From positions 1,268-65,267 of the forward strand of contig CALKKV010000029.1 in NCBI GenBank assembly GCA_937992195.1: DNA of 64,000 nucleotides, read 5' to 3'. Under the pieces are notes generated by a model. It was not told the DNA's origin and did not search any database. It saw nothing but the letters and a program-made list of their open reading frames with translations. Positions 20,034-33,338 of this stretch are shown here, piece after piece (within the stretch, counting starts at the first letter, position 1; each line of letters starts with the position of its first letter). Source of the DNA: an uncultured Gammaproteobacteria bacterium. GTDB taxonomy: Bacteria; Pseudomonadota; Gammaproteobacteria; Arenicellales; Poriferihabitantaceae. A program made the position numbers and the translations under genes.

Positions 20034-21218
20034 TCATTCAGTTGCTAAATAACGGTCAAAAGCTGCCGATAAATCGGTTATGAGATCATCAATATTTTCT
20101 AATCCCACGTGAACTCTAAGTATCTGACCACTATTGTTCCATTCGGTTGCGGTACGAGAGTTTTCTGCTTCTTGCGGCACAATCAGGCTTTCAAATCCGC
20201 CCCAGCTAAATCCCATCGAAAATAATTCCATATGATCAAGCAGTGCAGCGAGTGCTTTTTTAGAGCGTTTTTCAATGATAAATGAGAACAACCCGCTTGA
20301 TCCATCAAAATCTCTTTTCCATAAGTCATGGCCAGGGCAGCTCGCTAGAGCAGGATGCAAAACTTGCGATACAACAGACTGCTTTGATAACCAATCCGCA
20401 AGTGCGAGCGCTTGTGTTTCGTGATGCTTTGCACGTAATCCAAGCGTGCGCATCCCGCGCATGCCAAGGTAAATATCGTCGGGAGCGAGCGATTGGCCGA
20501 GATGATCTCTGCATACTTTAAGTCGATAATAATTTTCTTCATCGTCCGCTACCACAAGCCCCATCAGCGCATCAGCATGCCCAACAATATATTTCGTTGC
20601 AGAAGTGATCGAGATATTGACACCGTGCTCGATAGGGCGAAAGAACAGGGGAGTTGCCCAGCTATTGTCGAGCGCGGTAGTAACATTTTTTGATTTTGCA
20701 GCAGCCACAATTGCCGGTACGTCCTGTACTTCAAACGTAATCGAGCCCGGGGACTCCATAAATATCATGGCCGTATTTTCACGGATAAATGGAGAAATAT
20801 TTGCAGCGATCATCGGGTCATAGAATTCAACCTCAATTCCCATGCGAGACAAATAATGCTGACAAAAGGCACGGGTAGGACCGTATACTGTGTCAGCAAT
20901 CAGGAGGTGATCGCCGCTATTTACATAAGCAAGGATTGTGGTGGTTACAGCGGCCAATCCCGATGAAACAGAAATTGCGCCAAAGCCATTTTCAAGATCA
21001 GCCATTGCATTCTCAAGTGAAAATGTGGAGGCTGTACCCAATCTTCCATAGACCAGGGCGTCTTTTTGATCATGACTGGCCTTAGCTGTCTCAAGGTCGT
21101 CTAACGAGGAATAGACTACCGTCGATCCATGATAAACCGGCGGGTTGACCATGCCTCCCTGGAGGATTGGTGATCGACCGTTGTGGATCGCTCTTGTATC
21201 AAAATGTTTCTTCGACAT
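20034..21218 (-). CDS. metC: Cystathionine beta-lyase
   Basis: VNPPVYHGST, YGRLGT, ESPGSITFEVQD, PLP lysine in SATKYIVGHAD, GFSWGGFESL. Confidence 0.93.
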   Translation of the reverse strand: MSKKHFDTRAIHNGRSPILQGGMVNPPVYHGSTVVYSSLDDLETAKASHDQKDALVYGRLGTASTFSLENAMADLENGFGAISVSSGLAAVTTTILAYVNSGDHLLIADTVYGPTRAFCQHYLSRMGIEVEFYDPMIAANISPFIRENTAMIFMESPGSITFEVQDVPAIVAAAKSKNVTTALDNSWATPLFFRPIEHGVNISITSATKYIVGHADALMGLVVADDEENYYRLKVCRDHLGQSLAPDDIYLGMRGMRTLGLRAKHHETQALALADWLSKQSVVSQVLHPALASCPGHDLWKRDFDGSSGLFSFIIEKRSKKALAALLDHMELFSMGFSWGGFESLIVPQEAENSRTATEWNNSGQILRVHVGLENIDDLITDLSAAFDRYLATE

Positions 21219-21232
21219 TTGTTTGTTCTAGA

Positions 21233-24200
21233 TTATTTTGGAGAAGCGAATTTAGTGAGTTCGTTAACAACCACAGTCAACATTGCAAAGTCAGGTTCTG
21301 GGTCGGATCGCATCGCACGGAGCATTTGGTTAAGGGTTTTTATGCCAGCAGAGTTATTCGATAACCAAATCTTTACAGACTCCTCTACTGGCTTTTTAGA
21401 AGCTGTGCGCAACGCAGTATTGGCAATCTCTCCGTGGGATTTTCTTAATGACGAACTTAAAGTGGAGCGGGCTTGCTGACGCCACTGGTCCTCAGCTGGA
21501 AGCGAGTGAATTTGTTGTTTTATGTTAGTCAAATCTAACTCGTTTTGAATTACAAAGTAGCATTGCATTACTTTTGAAACTGCAATTTTGTTTTGCAATG
21601 CGATATTAACGATGTCAAAGGTCCACGCTAACGCCCAAACGGTACGTATAGAAGATCCGGCATCGCGCTTTTGCTTTTCAGAAAATTGTTTGATCAATTT
21701 CCCATATTCCGCTGGAATCTGGTCATCGTTAATGTCCGCCAAGCGCTTTCTGTACTCTTTTAACGCCTTACTGTACCGTTTCAAGACTGCTGTCACATCG
21801 AGTTTCCGAAGCTCCATGTCTAATAACCACAGAACGCTGGATTCGATCGCATTGGAGATTTCTAACAGGAGTTTTTGCTGGATTGTTGCTGGAAGATTGT
21901 TATCGAATGAGCGGACAGTATCGATAAGCGCTTCGGACTCGATAGCCTCTTTGGCAATGAGATAGGCTCTTACAATATTTTCCTTCGGTGCCCCTGTTGC
22001 TTGCTCCATACGTATATGAAATGCCGGGCCCATTGTGCCAACCATGTCATTCGTTACCACGGTGGATATGATTTCTTTACCTAACGGGTGTTTTGCTACA
22101 TCGGACTCGTATTTTTGTACCAGTCGAGGTGGAAAATACGAAAGTAATACCGGTTGCATATGCTTTGCTTGAGATATATCAGACTGCAAAATACAGTCGT
22201 ATAACTCCATTTTGCTATAGGCCATAACAACCGCTAGTTCTGCCCTCGTAAGTGGATAATTTTGTGCAGCGCGTTCTGCCAGTTCAGTGTCTTCCGGCAA
22301 ATATTCAATCTCCCGATTGAGCAGCCCCGCAGATGTTAAGGTTTGTATTGCCTGAACGTGTCCTGGCATCCGTTGTTTCGCAAAACAAGCTTCTATCGAC
22401 AAAATTTCAGTTTGCGTGTAATTGTTCAGCAAAACATGTTCGCCAACCGCTTTCTCCATTTGACTCAGCAATTTATTTCTTTCAGGTTTGCTTAGCTTCT
22501 TTTTGGCCACTAGCTGATTCAGCAGGATTTTGATATTCACTTCGTGGTCAGAAGTGTCTACGCCAGCGGAATTATCTATTGCATCGGTGTAGCAGTATCC
22601 GCCGAGAGCGTTAAATTCTATTCTCGCTTTTTGGGTTAATCCAAGATTGCCGCCTTCTCCAATAACTTTTATCCGCAATTCGGAAGCATCTACTCTCAAT
22701 GCATCATTGTTTCTATCTTGTGCTTCTTCATTTGTCTCGGTAGATGCCTTTATGTAAGTACCAATACCTCCATTCCATAATAACTCTTGGTTAGACTTCA
22801 AGATGATATTAATGAGCTCGTCTGGAGTTACTTGCTTTCTCGATGTCGACAACGCTTTCATAGCCTGAGGTGAAAGATCGATGGATTTGGCAGATCGCGA
22901 AAAAATCCCGCCGCCTTTAGAAATTAACTTCTCGTTGTAGTCAGTCCATGAAGATCGGGGCAGGGCAAATAGACGTTTTCGCTCCGTAAAGCTCTTTTTA
23001 CTATCTGGCGTTGGGTCAATAAATATATGTAGATGGTTGAAGGCGGCTATCAGCTGAATATGCTCCGACAGCAACATGCCGTTCCCAAATACGTCTCCAG
23101 CCATGTCTCCGATAGCGGCAACGGTAAAGTTTTCGGACTGTATGTCCTTCCCTAACTCCCGAAAATGTCGTTTAACAGATTCCCAGGCACCCCTTGCCGT
23201 AATTCCCATTTTTTTATGGTCATATCCTTCGGAGCCACCGGAAGCAAACGCATCCCCCAACCAGAAATTTGCGTCAATAGAGATACCATTGGCAATATCT
23301 GAAAATGTTGCTGTGCCTTTATCAGCAGCAACAACAAGATACGGGTCTTCACCATCTAAGCGCACACATTGCTCGGCGGGTATGATCTTTTTTCCTGAAA
23401 TATTATCCGTAATATCAAGTAGCCCGGAAATAAACAGACGATAGCAGGCAATGACTTCCTTTTGAATCTGATCTCGGTCGCTATTCGGAAGTTGCTTGGC
23501 AACAAAACCACCTTTAGATCCTACCGGAACGATCACAGCATTTTTTACCTGTTGCGCTTTTACCAATCCAAGCACTTCGGTTCGGTAATCATCGGGTCGT
23601 TCTGACCAGCGTAGTCCACCGCGCGCTACATCGCCCCCCCGCAGATGCACACCTTCCATTCTTGGCGAATAGACAAAAATTTCGTGCAATGGTGCTGGCT
23701 CGGGGATTCTCGGAATAGAGCGAGGAGAGAGTTTAAGCGATATTGTGCTTTTATATTCACCCTTTACGGTCTGAAAATAATTAGTTCTTACTGTTGCATT
23801 TAACGTGTCAATCAACGCATTAAATATTCGTTCTTCATCAAGCGTTTGAATTTCGGGAAGAAGTTTAGCAAGTTCATTCTCCGATTTTTTAGCTTTGATT
23901 TGATTTCCAGGAGGGGTAAACCGCGCTTCAAATAACGTGACAATTTGCGTGACAATAATCGGGTACTTAAGTAAGGATTCAATAATGTGCTTGTCGCTGT
24001 ATCGCAGGCGAATCTGCTTTAGATAGGCAAAATAACAACGAATTACATTGACCTGACGCCAATCTAAACCGGTTAAAGTGATGAGTTGATTGAAACCATC
24101 ATTTTCACAGCTGCCAAACCATATTGCCATAAAACCATCTTCAATAACCTTGTCTAGTTCGGCGGAAATAGCCAGGTTATTCTTGTCTACAACTTCGAAG

Positions 24201-26032
24201 TGATTTATCCAATAAGTTTGTCCATCACTGTGGGTGAGTGAATAGGGCTGTTCTCCGGGTACGCGTAGTCCCATGTTGTCAAGAATAGGGAGCGCGTCAG
24301 AAAGTGGCATTGACCGGTCAGCGCTGTACAGGCGTAGATGCGATGTTTTCTTTTCGGCATCGCATTCTACCTTCGCGGTAATTAATCCGCGTTCGTTTGA
24401 CTCTCCAAGATCAATTAGCTGCAGCTGTTCCAACAGTGAAATATCAGAAACCGCAGTGTCTATATCGTGGTCTAAACGGTAGCTAGGAGAAATACCCTGT
24501 CTCCAGTCACAAAAAACTGAGTTGGCATCACTCAACGGCAGTTTGGTCTGCAGCGATTGTGCAAGTTGCTCTTCCCAGTCCTGTGCCATCACCTGGATCT
24601 CTTTCTCTAAGGTATCTTGGTTGATCTTCTTTTTTGGCGGTTTGGAAACAAATGCTGTGAAGTGAATTTGAGTTAGGATGGATTCAGAAAACCTGACATT
24701 GAATGTCACTTCCGAAGCGCCCAGGCGAGCGCTTAAATGGGATTGAATTCTCTTTCTGAGATCGGTATTAAACAAATCTTTTGGTACGTAAACAAGGCAT
24801 GTATAGAAATGCTCACATACATTATGTTTGATATGTACTCTGGTAACGCGCCTTTCTTGGTGGTTAAGCAATGACATGCATAGTCCATATAGCGCTTTAC
24901 TTCCAAGCTGGAAAATTAACTCGCGAGGGAGCGTTTCTAAAATAGTTCTGAGCGATTTATATGCGTAGCTTCGCTTTCTTAACGTACTTGTTTGTAAAAT
25001 ATACTCTGCTTTGCTGCGTAAATGGGGGATGGTTGAAATTGCGGATGTCGCAGTCGAACCCGCCAGAAAACCTAAGATACAGCTTACTCTTCGTTTACCA
25101 GATTTGCTTTTCTTCGCCGAGTCAAAATCGTGATCAATTAAGATGGCGTCAAGATAATTGGCTCTATGGATGAGTATTCTTTTGTGAGACTTCGTGAAAA
25201 TGAGCGGTGCTGTCTGACTTTCTACCAAAGGCGGAAGTACTGACAGAATATCAACACCATCTTTTTGGAATGCACGCAAAATACCTTTAAGAGATCGGCT
25301 GTCTACCTTGTTTGCTACGGATCCGCTTTGTTTTTTCGTTTGCTCGATTTCAGCATAGCCGATAAAAGCAAAATGATCGTCAGCCATCCAATCCAAAAGA
25401 GCTTGATACTCTGCAAAAGCCGGGCCTTTTTTTGATTTGTCTATCATTCGACCCAGGTCATAAACTGTTTGTTTCATCTCCTCCCAGTCATCAGTAACAA
25501 AACCAATGTTTTCCAGAACCGAGTGAAGTTCATCGATAATCTCAGATTGCTCGAGATCTGAAATCGCTTCAGTCTCAAACTGAATGAAGGCTTCACTTAT
25601 ATGATTGTCTTCAAAGGCTGAATTGCTGGATTTGCGGCGTTGAAGAGATACAAGTTTATTTTTCTTTGTTCTTTCAACTTCAAATATAGGGTGGTTGGTT
25701 CGATCAATTCTTTTGTTTAGTCGGGTAAGGGTGTTGATAAGAGAGTCGATAATAAAAGGCCGGTCATTTGTTACGATGCTGACCAATGAGCTAGGCAAGC
25801 CTTGACGATTTGTAATGCTATCTATTTGGATCAAGTGGGTCTCAGGTGCCCTTTTTTGCGCAAGATCAAGATGGATCTTTGCGGCGTGCAAAAAGAACTC
25901 AGATCGTTCCGCGACATAGTCCTGTCCCGATAAGCGATGGTAGTAGTCGCTTAGAAAAGCGAGTTCGACTTTTGATGGTTTGGACTTTCTAGTAATTTGC
26001 TCGAGAAGACTTGTTGTAACAGTGTTTTTCAT
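21233..26032 (-). CDS. gdhB: Large NAD-specific glutamate dehydrogenase
   Basis: 1599 aa; GVHLRGG.VARGGLRWS, KNAVIVPVGSKGGF, YLVVAADKGTATFSD, GYDHKKMGITARGAW, DNSAGVDTSDHEVNIKI. Confidence 0.95.
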   Translation of the reverse strand: MKNTVTTSLLEQITRKSKPSKVELAFLSDYYHRLSGQDYVAERSEFFLHAAKIHLDLAQKRAPETHLIQIDSITNRQGLPSSLVSIVTNDRPFIIDSLINTLTRLNKRIDRTNHPIFEVERTKKNKLVSLQRRKSSNSAFEDNHISEAFIQFETEAISDLEQSEIIDELHSVLENIGFVTDDWEEMKQTVYDLGRMIDKSKKGPAFAEYQALLDWMADDHFAFIGYAEIEQTKKQSGSVANKVDSRSLKGILRAFQKDGVDILSVLPPLVESQTAPLIFTKSHKRILIHRANYLDAILIDHDFDSAKKSKSGKRRVSCILGFLAGSTATSAISTIPHLRSKAEYILQTSTLRKRSYAYKSLRTILETLPRELIFQLGSKALYGLCMSLLNHQERRVTRVHIKHNVCEHFYTCLVYVPKDLFNTDLRKRIQSHLSARLGASEVTFNVRFSESILTQIHFTAFVSKPPKKKINQDTLEKEIQVMAQDWEEQLAQSLQTKLPLSDANSVFCDWRQGISPSYRLDHDIDTAVSDISLLEQLQLIDLGESNERGLITAKVECDAEKKTSHLRLYSADRSMPLSDALPILDNMGLRVPGEQPYSLTHSDGQTYWINHFEVVDKNNLAISAELDKVIEDGFMAIWFGSCENDGFNQLITLTGLDWRQVNVIRCYFAYLKQIRLRYSDKHIIESLLKYPIIVTQIVTLFEARFTPPGNQIKAKKSENELAKLLPEIQTLDEERIFNALIDTLNATVRTNYFQTVKGEYKSTISLKLSPRSIPRIPEPAPLHEIFVYSPRMEGVHLRGGDVARGGLRWSERPDDYRTEVLGLVKAQQVKNAVIVPVGSKGGFVAKQLPNSDRDQIQKEVIACYRLFISGLLDITDNISGKKIIPAEQCVRLDGEDPYLVVAADKGTATFSDIANGISIDANFWLGDAFASGGSEGYDHKKMGITARGAWESVKRHFRELGKDIQSENFTVAAIGDMAGDVFGNGMLLSEHIQLIAAFNHLHIFIDPTPDSKKSFTERKRLFALPRSSWTDYNEKLISKGGGIFSRSAKSIDLSPQAMKALSTSRKQVTPDELINIILKSNQELLWNGGIGTYIKASTETNEEAQDRNNDALRVDASELRIKVIGEGGNLGLTQKARIEFNALGGYCYTDAIDNSAGVDTSDHEVNIKILLNQLVAKKKLSKPERNKLLSQMEKAVGEHVLLNNYTQTEILSIEACFAKQRMPGHVQAIQTLTSAGLLNREIEYLPEDTELAERAAQNYPLTRAELAVVMAYSKMELYDCILQSDISQAKHMQPVLLSYFPPRLVQKYESDVAKHPLGKEIISTVVTNDMVGTMGPAFHIRMEQATGAPKENIVRAYLIAKEAIESEALIDTVRSFDNNLPATIQQKLLLEISNAIESSVLWLLDMELRKLDVTAVLKRYSKALKEYRKRLADINDDQIPAEYGKLIKQFSEKQKRDAGSSIRTVWALAWTFDIVNIALQNKIAVSKVMQCYFVIQNELDLTNIKQQIHSLPAEDQWRQQARSTLSSSLRKSHGEIANTALRTASKKPVEESVKIWLSNNSAGIKTLNQMLRAMRSDPEPDFAMLTVVVNELTKFASPK

Positions 26033-26162
26033 GACTTTTTTCCTTATCGGTTCTTTCGCAGTTCGAAGTTTACTGCAGTGCTCTAGATGAAGCGGATTCC
26101 CTGAATACAGAAAGAGAAATCAAAATATTTGTTCGCATTTAGTTGTAGCTTGAATAAGCATT

Positions 26163-27116
26163 TCATTGTTCCTCAGTAATTAGCCAGTTTCCTTCCTCTT
26201 TATTTAGCTTTAGAACTTTTCTGGAATCAGACTGGTAGGTATCTGATTCGTAGCTCAAGTTAAATGACAGATCAGCTCGTGAACCTTGTAGCTGTTCAAG
26301 TTTGATTCCTTCTACCCGAATTTTTATAAACTCTGCTTTGTTTATAATCTCTTGCTTGCGTTCTTTCCATGTTTCCAGAGACCTTCCCTGAGAAGGAGTA
26401 AAAGTATCGCTGTAATGCGCTAGATAAGCTACAGTATCTTTTGACGACCATCCGGCTACCCAGGATCGAAGAAACTCTGCTAGTTCTGATTCCACTACTT
26501 TCTCTACTTCAGCTGTGTTTTCTTCGCCAACAGTGGTGCGCTCAGATATATCAACTTTATCCACATTAGTATCGGCACCGACATTTTGTCTAATGAGCGC
26601 ATTTTCCGCGTTCTCTTTGGCCGCAATATAAAACCTCTGGCCAAGATCGGCTTTGGAAATCAAACTTGCGCTGTTTGGGTCTCGATTTCTGCCAGCGATA
26701 TATTGAGCGGTCGCAATTTGTATGTAAGTATCACCTAAATTTTCATAAGCTTGGGTAAACTCAGGAAACTTTTTAATCGTCTCATTCAATTGCGCAATTG
26801 CTTTTCCATATTCTCTCTGGAGTTGGTAAACAACGCCTAAATTGTTCATCGGCTCAGGGTCATCTGGAATAGTTTCAATAACTTTCTGATAGTGGGTCTC
26901 CGCTTCTTCTAACTTTCGCATTTTGATCAACAGAAAACCTTTTTGCAGCAGCATTACGCGGTTTTTAGGCTGACTTTCGAGTCCCTCAGTTACCGCGGCT
27001 AACGCTTGCTCATACTCCTGTATTACGAGAAACTCATTTACGGCTTCTGGAGAATTTGCGGAAGATGCAAATGGCGTCAATGAGAGTAAAGTAAAGATAA
27101 ATAAAATATTTTTCAC
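26163..27116 (-). CDS. Exported TPR protein with C-terminal NTF2/SnoaL-like (Cds6-type) domain
   Basis: Sec signal; TPR (PEPMNNLGVVY, AYENLGDTY); W...WS.KD..AYL.HYS.F...W..R and F...Y.SD.Y.....K.L.L.....W.I..E. Confidence 0.7.
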   Translation of the reverse strand: MKNILFIFTLLSLTPFASSANSPEAVNEFLVIQEYEQALAAVTEGLESQPKNRVMLLQKGFLLIKMRKLEEAETHYQKVIETIPDDPEPMNNLGVVYQLQREYGKAIAQLNETIKKFPEFTQAYENLGDTYIQIATAQYIAGRNRDPNSASLISKADLGQRFYIAAKENAENALIRQNVGADTNVDKVDISERTTVGEENTAEVEKVVESELAEFLRSWVAGWSSKDTVAYLAHYSDTFTPSQGRSLETWKERKQEIINKAEFIKIRVEGIKLEQLQGSRADLSFNLSYESDTYQSDSRKVLKLNKEEGNWLITEEQ

Positions 27117-27353
27117 TTGTAAATTCGGATTATCTATAGATGTGTGGTTTTAAAAAGTACTTCGAATCCAGTGGCGAAATCTGTGACGACTGGTTTCTAC
27201 AAGACTTATCAGATTATATCTCCGTTCATCGCTAATGACTCAGAAAATGATGCGCTCGGCGAAGCTGGCCGATATACTCGCGCGCCGCTTGGCGATATAG
27301 CTCTATATTTATAGCCAGGTTGACACCAGATCAGTATCAGTGACTTTAGATAG

Positions 27354-28697
27354 ATGAATACAAGTTCAGAGCAGAGTAAAAGTATCTCCATCCTGGAGGG
27401 AGTTGTCGAAGATCTTTCCCATGATGGTCGAGGCGTTGTAAAAATAGAGTCCAAGGTGTATTTCGTACCTGGAGCGCTTCCCGGGGAAACAGTGACGTTC
27501 TCTCCTAAAAAAAAACGCAAAGGACAATTCAACGGCGAACTGATTTCAATCGAAATGGCCTCTCGAAATCGCGTTGACCCAAAATGTACCTATTTTGGGG
27601 TCTGTGGGGGTTGTACCTTGCAGCATCTCTCCGAAAGGGTTCAAATTTCAATGAAGCAGGAGACGCTATTGGAAACATTGTCAAAAATAGGAAGGGTAAA
27701 TCCGAACCACATCTTGCCTCCTCTTGATTCCGACGTTTGGGGCTATCGCAGGAAGGCTAGGCCTGGGTGTAAAGTGGTTGCAAAAAAAGGCGGCGTGCTT
27801 GTCGGTTTTAGAGAGCAGGGTAGTTCATATCTCACTTCATTGCTTCATTGCGATACCCTGGATGGTCGTTTATCGGTATTGCTCGAGCCACTACATCGGT
27901 TAATTGCCGAGACAAGTTGTGCAAACAGGATTCCTCAAATTGAGATGGCAGCAGGAGACAATGGGGTTTCACTTGTTCTGCGTCATCTGGAGGCCTTAAA
28001 TGAACTCGATTTAAGTTTGATCAAGGAATTTGCGCAGAAACATAAGATCAACTTGTTTTTGCAGCCCGGCGGATTGAATAGTATCCATCCACTTTGGCCG
28101 GAAGAACCAACTCCTTTATTTTATAGATTGCCTTTGTTTGATCTTGAAATACAATTTGCGGCAACAGATTTTATTCAGGTAAATCAGAAAGTTAACGAGA
28201 AAATGATTGGACTCGCTATTGATGCTTTAGATCTCTCATCTGATTCGAATGTCATGGATTTATTTTGTGGGCTCGGAAATTTTACACTTCCCATAGCAAC
28301 GTGCTGCGCTAGTGTGATTGGTATCGAAGGAGAGCAGGCTTTAATAGATAAAGCGAAATTAAACATTGCTCGCAATAGTGCTACTCACAGCTTAAAGCAC
28401 GTGCGTTTTAAAAAAATGGACTTGCACAATGAGCATGTAATCAACCTCGCTGGTGAACCTTGCGACAGAATGTTGTTAGACCCTCCACGATCTGGTGCGA
28501 TGGATGTTGTCACACATCTAGTGCCATTAGTAATGCCAGACGTGCTGGTTTATGTTTCGTGTAATCCGGCGACGCTAGCCCGCGATGCAGAAATATTAGT
28601 GCATCATCATGGGTACACATTGGAAAGCGCAGGTGCGATTAATATGTTTCCCCATACGGCACATGTAGAATCTATAGCAAAATTCGTGCGGAGTTAG
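27354..28697 (+). CDS. rlmD: 23S rRNA m5U1939 methyltransferase
   Basis: TRAM domain, Fe-S motif CTYFGVCGGC, DLFCGLGNF, LDPPRSG, YVSCNPATLARD, MFPHTAHVE. Confidence 0.95.
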   Translation: MNTSSEQSKSISILEGVVEDLSHDGRGVVKIESKVYFVPGALPGETVTFSPKKKRKGQFNGELISIEMASRNRVDPKCTYFGVCGGCTLQHLSERVQISMKQETLLETLSKIGRVNPNHILPPLDSDVWGYRRKARPGCKVVAKKGGVLVGFREQGSSYLTSLLHCDTLDGRLSVLLEPLHRLIAETSCANRIPQIEMAAGDNGVSLVLRHLEALNELDLSLIKEFAQKHKINLFLQPGGLNSIHPLWPEEPTPLFYRLPLFDLEIQFAATDFIQVNQKVNEKMIGLAIDALDLSSDSNVMDLFCGLGNFTLPIATCCASVIGIEGEQALIDKAKLNIARNSATHSLKHVRFKKMDLHNEHVINLAGEPCDRMLLDPPRSGAMDVVTHLVPLVMPDVLVYVSCNPATLARDAEILVHHHGYTLESAGAINMFPHTAHVESIAKFVRS

Positions 28698-28709
28698 TTT
28701 TCCTCTCTG

Positions 28710-28747
28710 GAAAATAAGAAACCGTTTTTAAGCGGCTTCTTATTTTC
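28710..28747. terminator. Bidirectional intrinsic terminator between convergent rlmD and rne
   Basis: GAAAATAAGAA-ACCG...CGGC-TTCTTATTTTC inverted repeat with A/T-rich arms. Confidence 0.7.
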
Positions 28748-28768
28748 TTGAGATGCAGATTCGAATGA

Positions 28769-31804
<3,036 letters not shown>

Positions 31805-32917
31805 TGTTCTTTCCAGTAAATTCTTAGATAACAATAAGTTATCCATTTAATATAAAGTAAATTATGATCATGAAATCGACCTGCGGTGACATGAAAAAGT
31901 AGAAAGAGCAAAGGGGAAGATCAAAGAGACAGATGACCATGTATAAATTTACATTGGTGCATCCTACGTCACCCAAGCAGGTGGACTGGAATACAGAAAC
32001 TACCGATAAAATCGACGCGTTACTGCCTGCAGGGGATAAGCCTGCAAAAGAGCAGAACATTCAGAGGATGACTTGTATTCAAGAATCCTCAGAATTTAAG
32101 TTTTGGCATATGATTAAACAGCCGCCAAAATTTCTAAGATCGCACCTGGTACTAAAAGGGTGCCAATCAAACCTCAAGAGTACATAACCAACTCTTGATT
32201 CTTAGCTGCACATTTCAGTTAACGTAAATCCAACGTTCGCTTCCAGAAATATGCCAACATTTATCTGTTCTCTATAACCTCTGAATATTTTTTGATGCGC
32301 ACGTTAATCAGGATGTATGTAGAAAAGTTGAGCCAACTATAGTCTGACTTTACTCATCCAAGCGAATCGATTCGTTGCTTTCGTCAGAAGACGAGGTGTA
32401 GGTCGCAACCTACGATCAATGATCGTTCCATCATCAGATTTACGTGTCACGCAAATAAAATATTCATCATCATTCCAGTACGTACCCAGTGCGTATCCCT
32501 TGTTCTCAGTGGGGCGTTGCACCTGTTGTGGAAATACTCGTGACCAACTTTGGTTAGTCTTAACCACAACCCATTTCAGGTTCTGTACTCTTGGGCCTTC
32601 TAGCCCCGGGCTCTTTCGCCCGTAAAACATTCCTGAATGTGCTGTAAGGAGCTAAAAAATTCTTAACGAAGTTTTATCAATTACAGCGCAGTGCAGGGAC
32701 AAACTTTTCAGTGGGCTGAAGCTGAGCAGCTCTTTCAAGCTAAAACAAACCATCCTCTCCAACCAAAGAAATTCTTTCTGGCTCTCGAATTTTCAATTCA
32801 GATCGCCACTGAGTTAAGTCGAAAGCGAACTGAATGTGTACATTCGCTTCGATAACTCAGATGCCTCAGGAGCGGTAGTCACGGTTTAGATTGAATCTCG
32901 CTTCCCTCGACCTTCGG

Positions 32918-32946
32918 AATATAACAATTCGCTACACTGAACACAA
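32918..32946 (-). promoter_or_regulatory. Candidate sigma70 promoter for rne
   Basis: Minus strand TTGTGT-17 nt-TATATT with extended -10 TG. Confidence 0.45.
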
Positions 32947-33057
32947 TCAAAGGTTTGCGTCAAAAACTCGCCGGCATACGCCAGATTTTGCCGTCTAGCC
33001 TGCAATAGAGCCAAGTGCGAATCTAGTTGATTCTCGATGAAATATTCATACCAAAGT

Positions 33058-33092
33058 TTGAATTCAGGTTGCCCGATGTGTAAACTCCGCGC
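33058..33092 (+). promoter_or_regulatory. Sigma70 stable-RNA promoter for tRNA-Val/thrS
   Basis: TTGAAT-17 nt-TAAACT followed by GC-rich discriminator CCGCGC. Confidence 0.7.
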
Positions 33093-33099
33093 TCCCGGA

Positions 33100-33176
33100 A
33101 GGCGCGTAGCTCAGTTGGTTAGAGCGCCACCTTGACATGGTGGAGGTCGTTGGTTCGATTCCAATCGCGCCTACCA
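33100..33176 (+). tRNA. tRNA-Val(GAC)
   Basis: AGGCGCG acceptor, anticodon arm CCACC-TTGACAT-GGTGG, GTTCGATT T-loop, CCA end. Confidence 0.97.
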
Positions 33177-33302
33177 AAACTTCCCGCTCAGAATTGCTGA
33201 AGAAATCTGTTTTTGGGTCTCCTTCACTTTGGAGATTTTGATACCTGATTTCTAGAATAGAACGGACATACAGCAGGTTGAGCAAAATATATAGTTAACC
33301 AC

Positions 33303-33323
33303 GCGCCCTTTAGTAGTGGGCGC
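33303..33323 (+). promoter_or_regulatory. Candidate thrS translational operator (tRNA-Thr anticodon-arm mimic)
   Basis: GCGCCC-TTTAGTAGT-GGGCGC hairpin 15 nt before the thrS ATG; loop contains U-AGU-A. Confidence 0.55.
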
Positions 33324-33338
33324 CACTGAAGAAATATT

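Noticed and set aside
32337-32630. 97-aa minus-strand ORF in the rne upstream region (also 31933-32187 + and 32419-32625 +)
   Set aside because: No recognisable family; the AGGA abuts the ATG and lies in a hairpin; it overlaps several RNA-like stems. More likely non-coding leader, though a uORF cannot be excluded without ribosome profiling.
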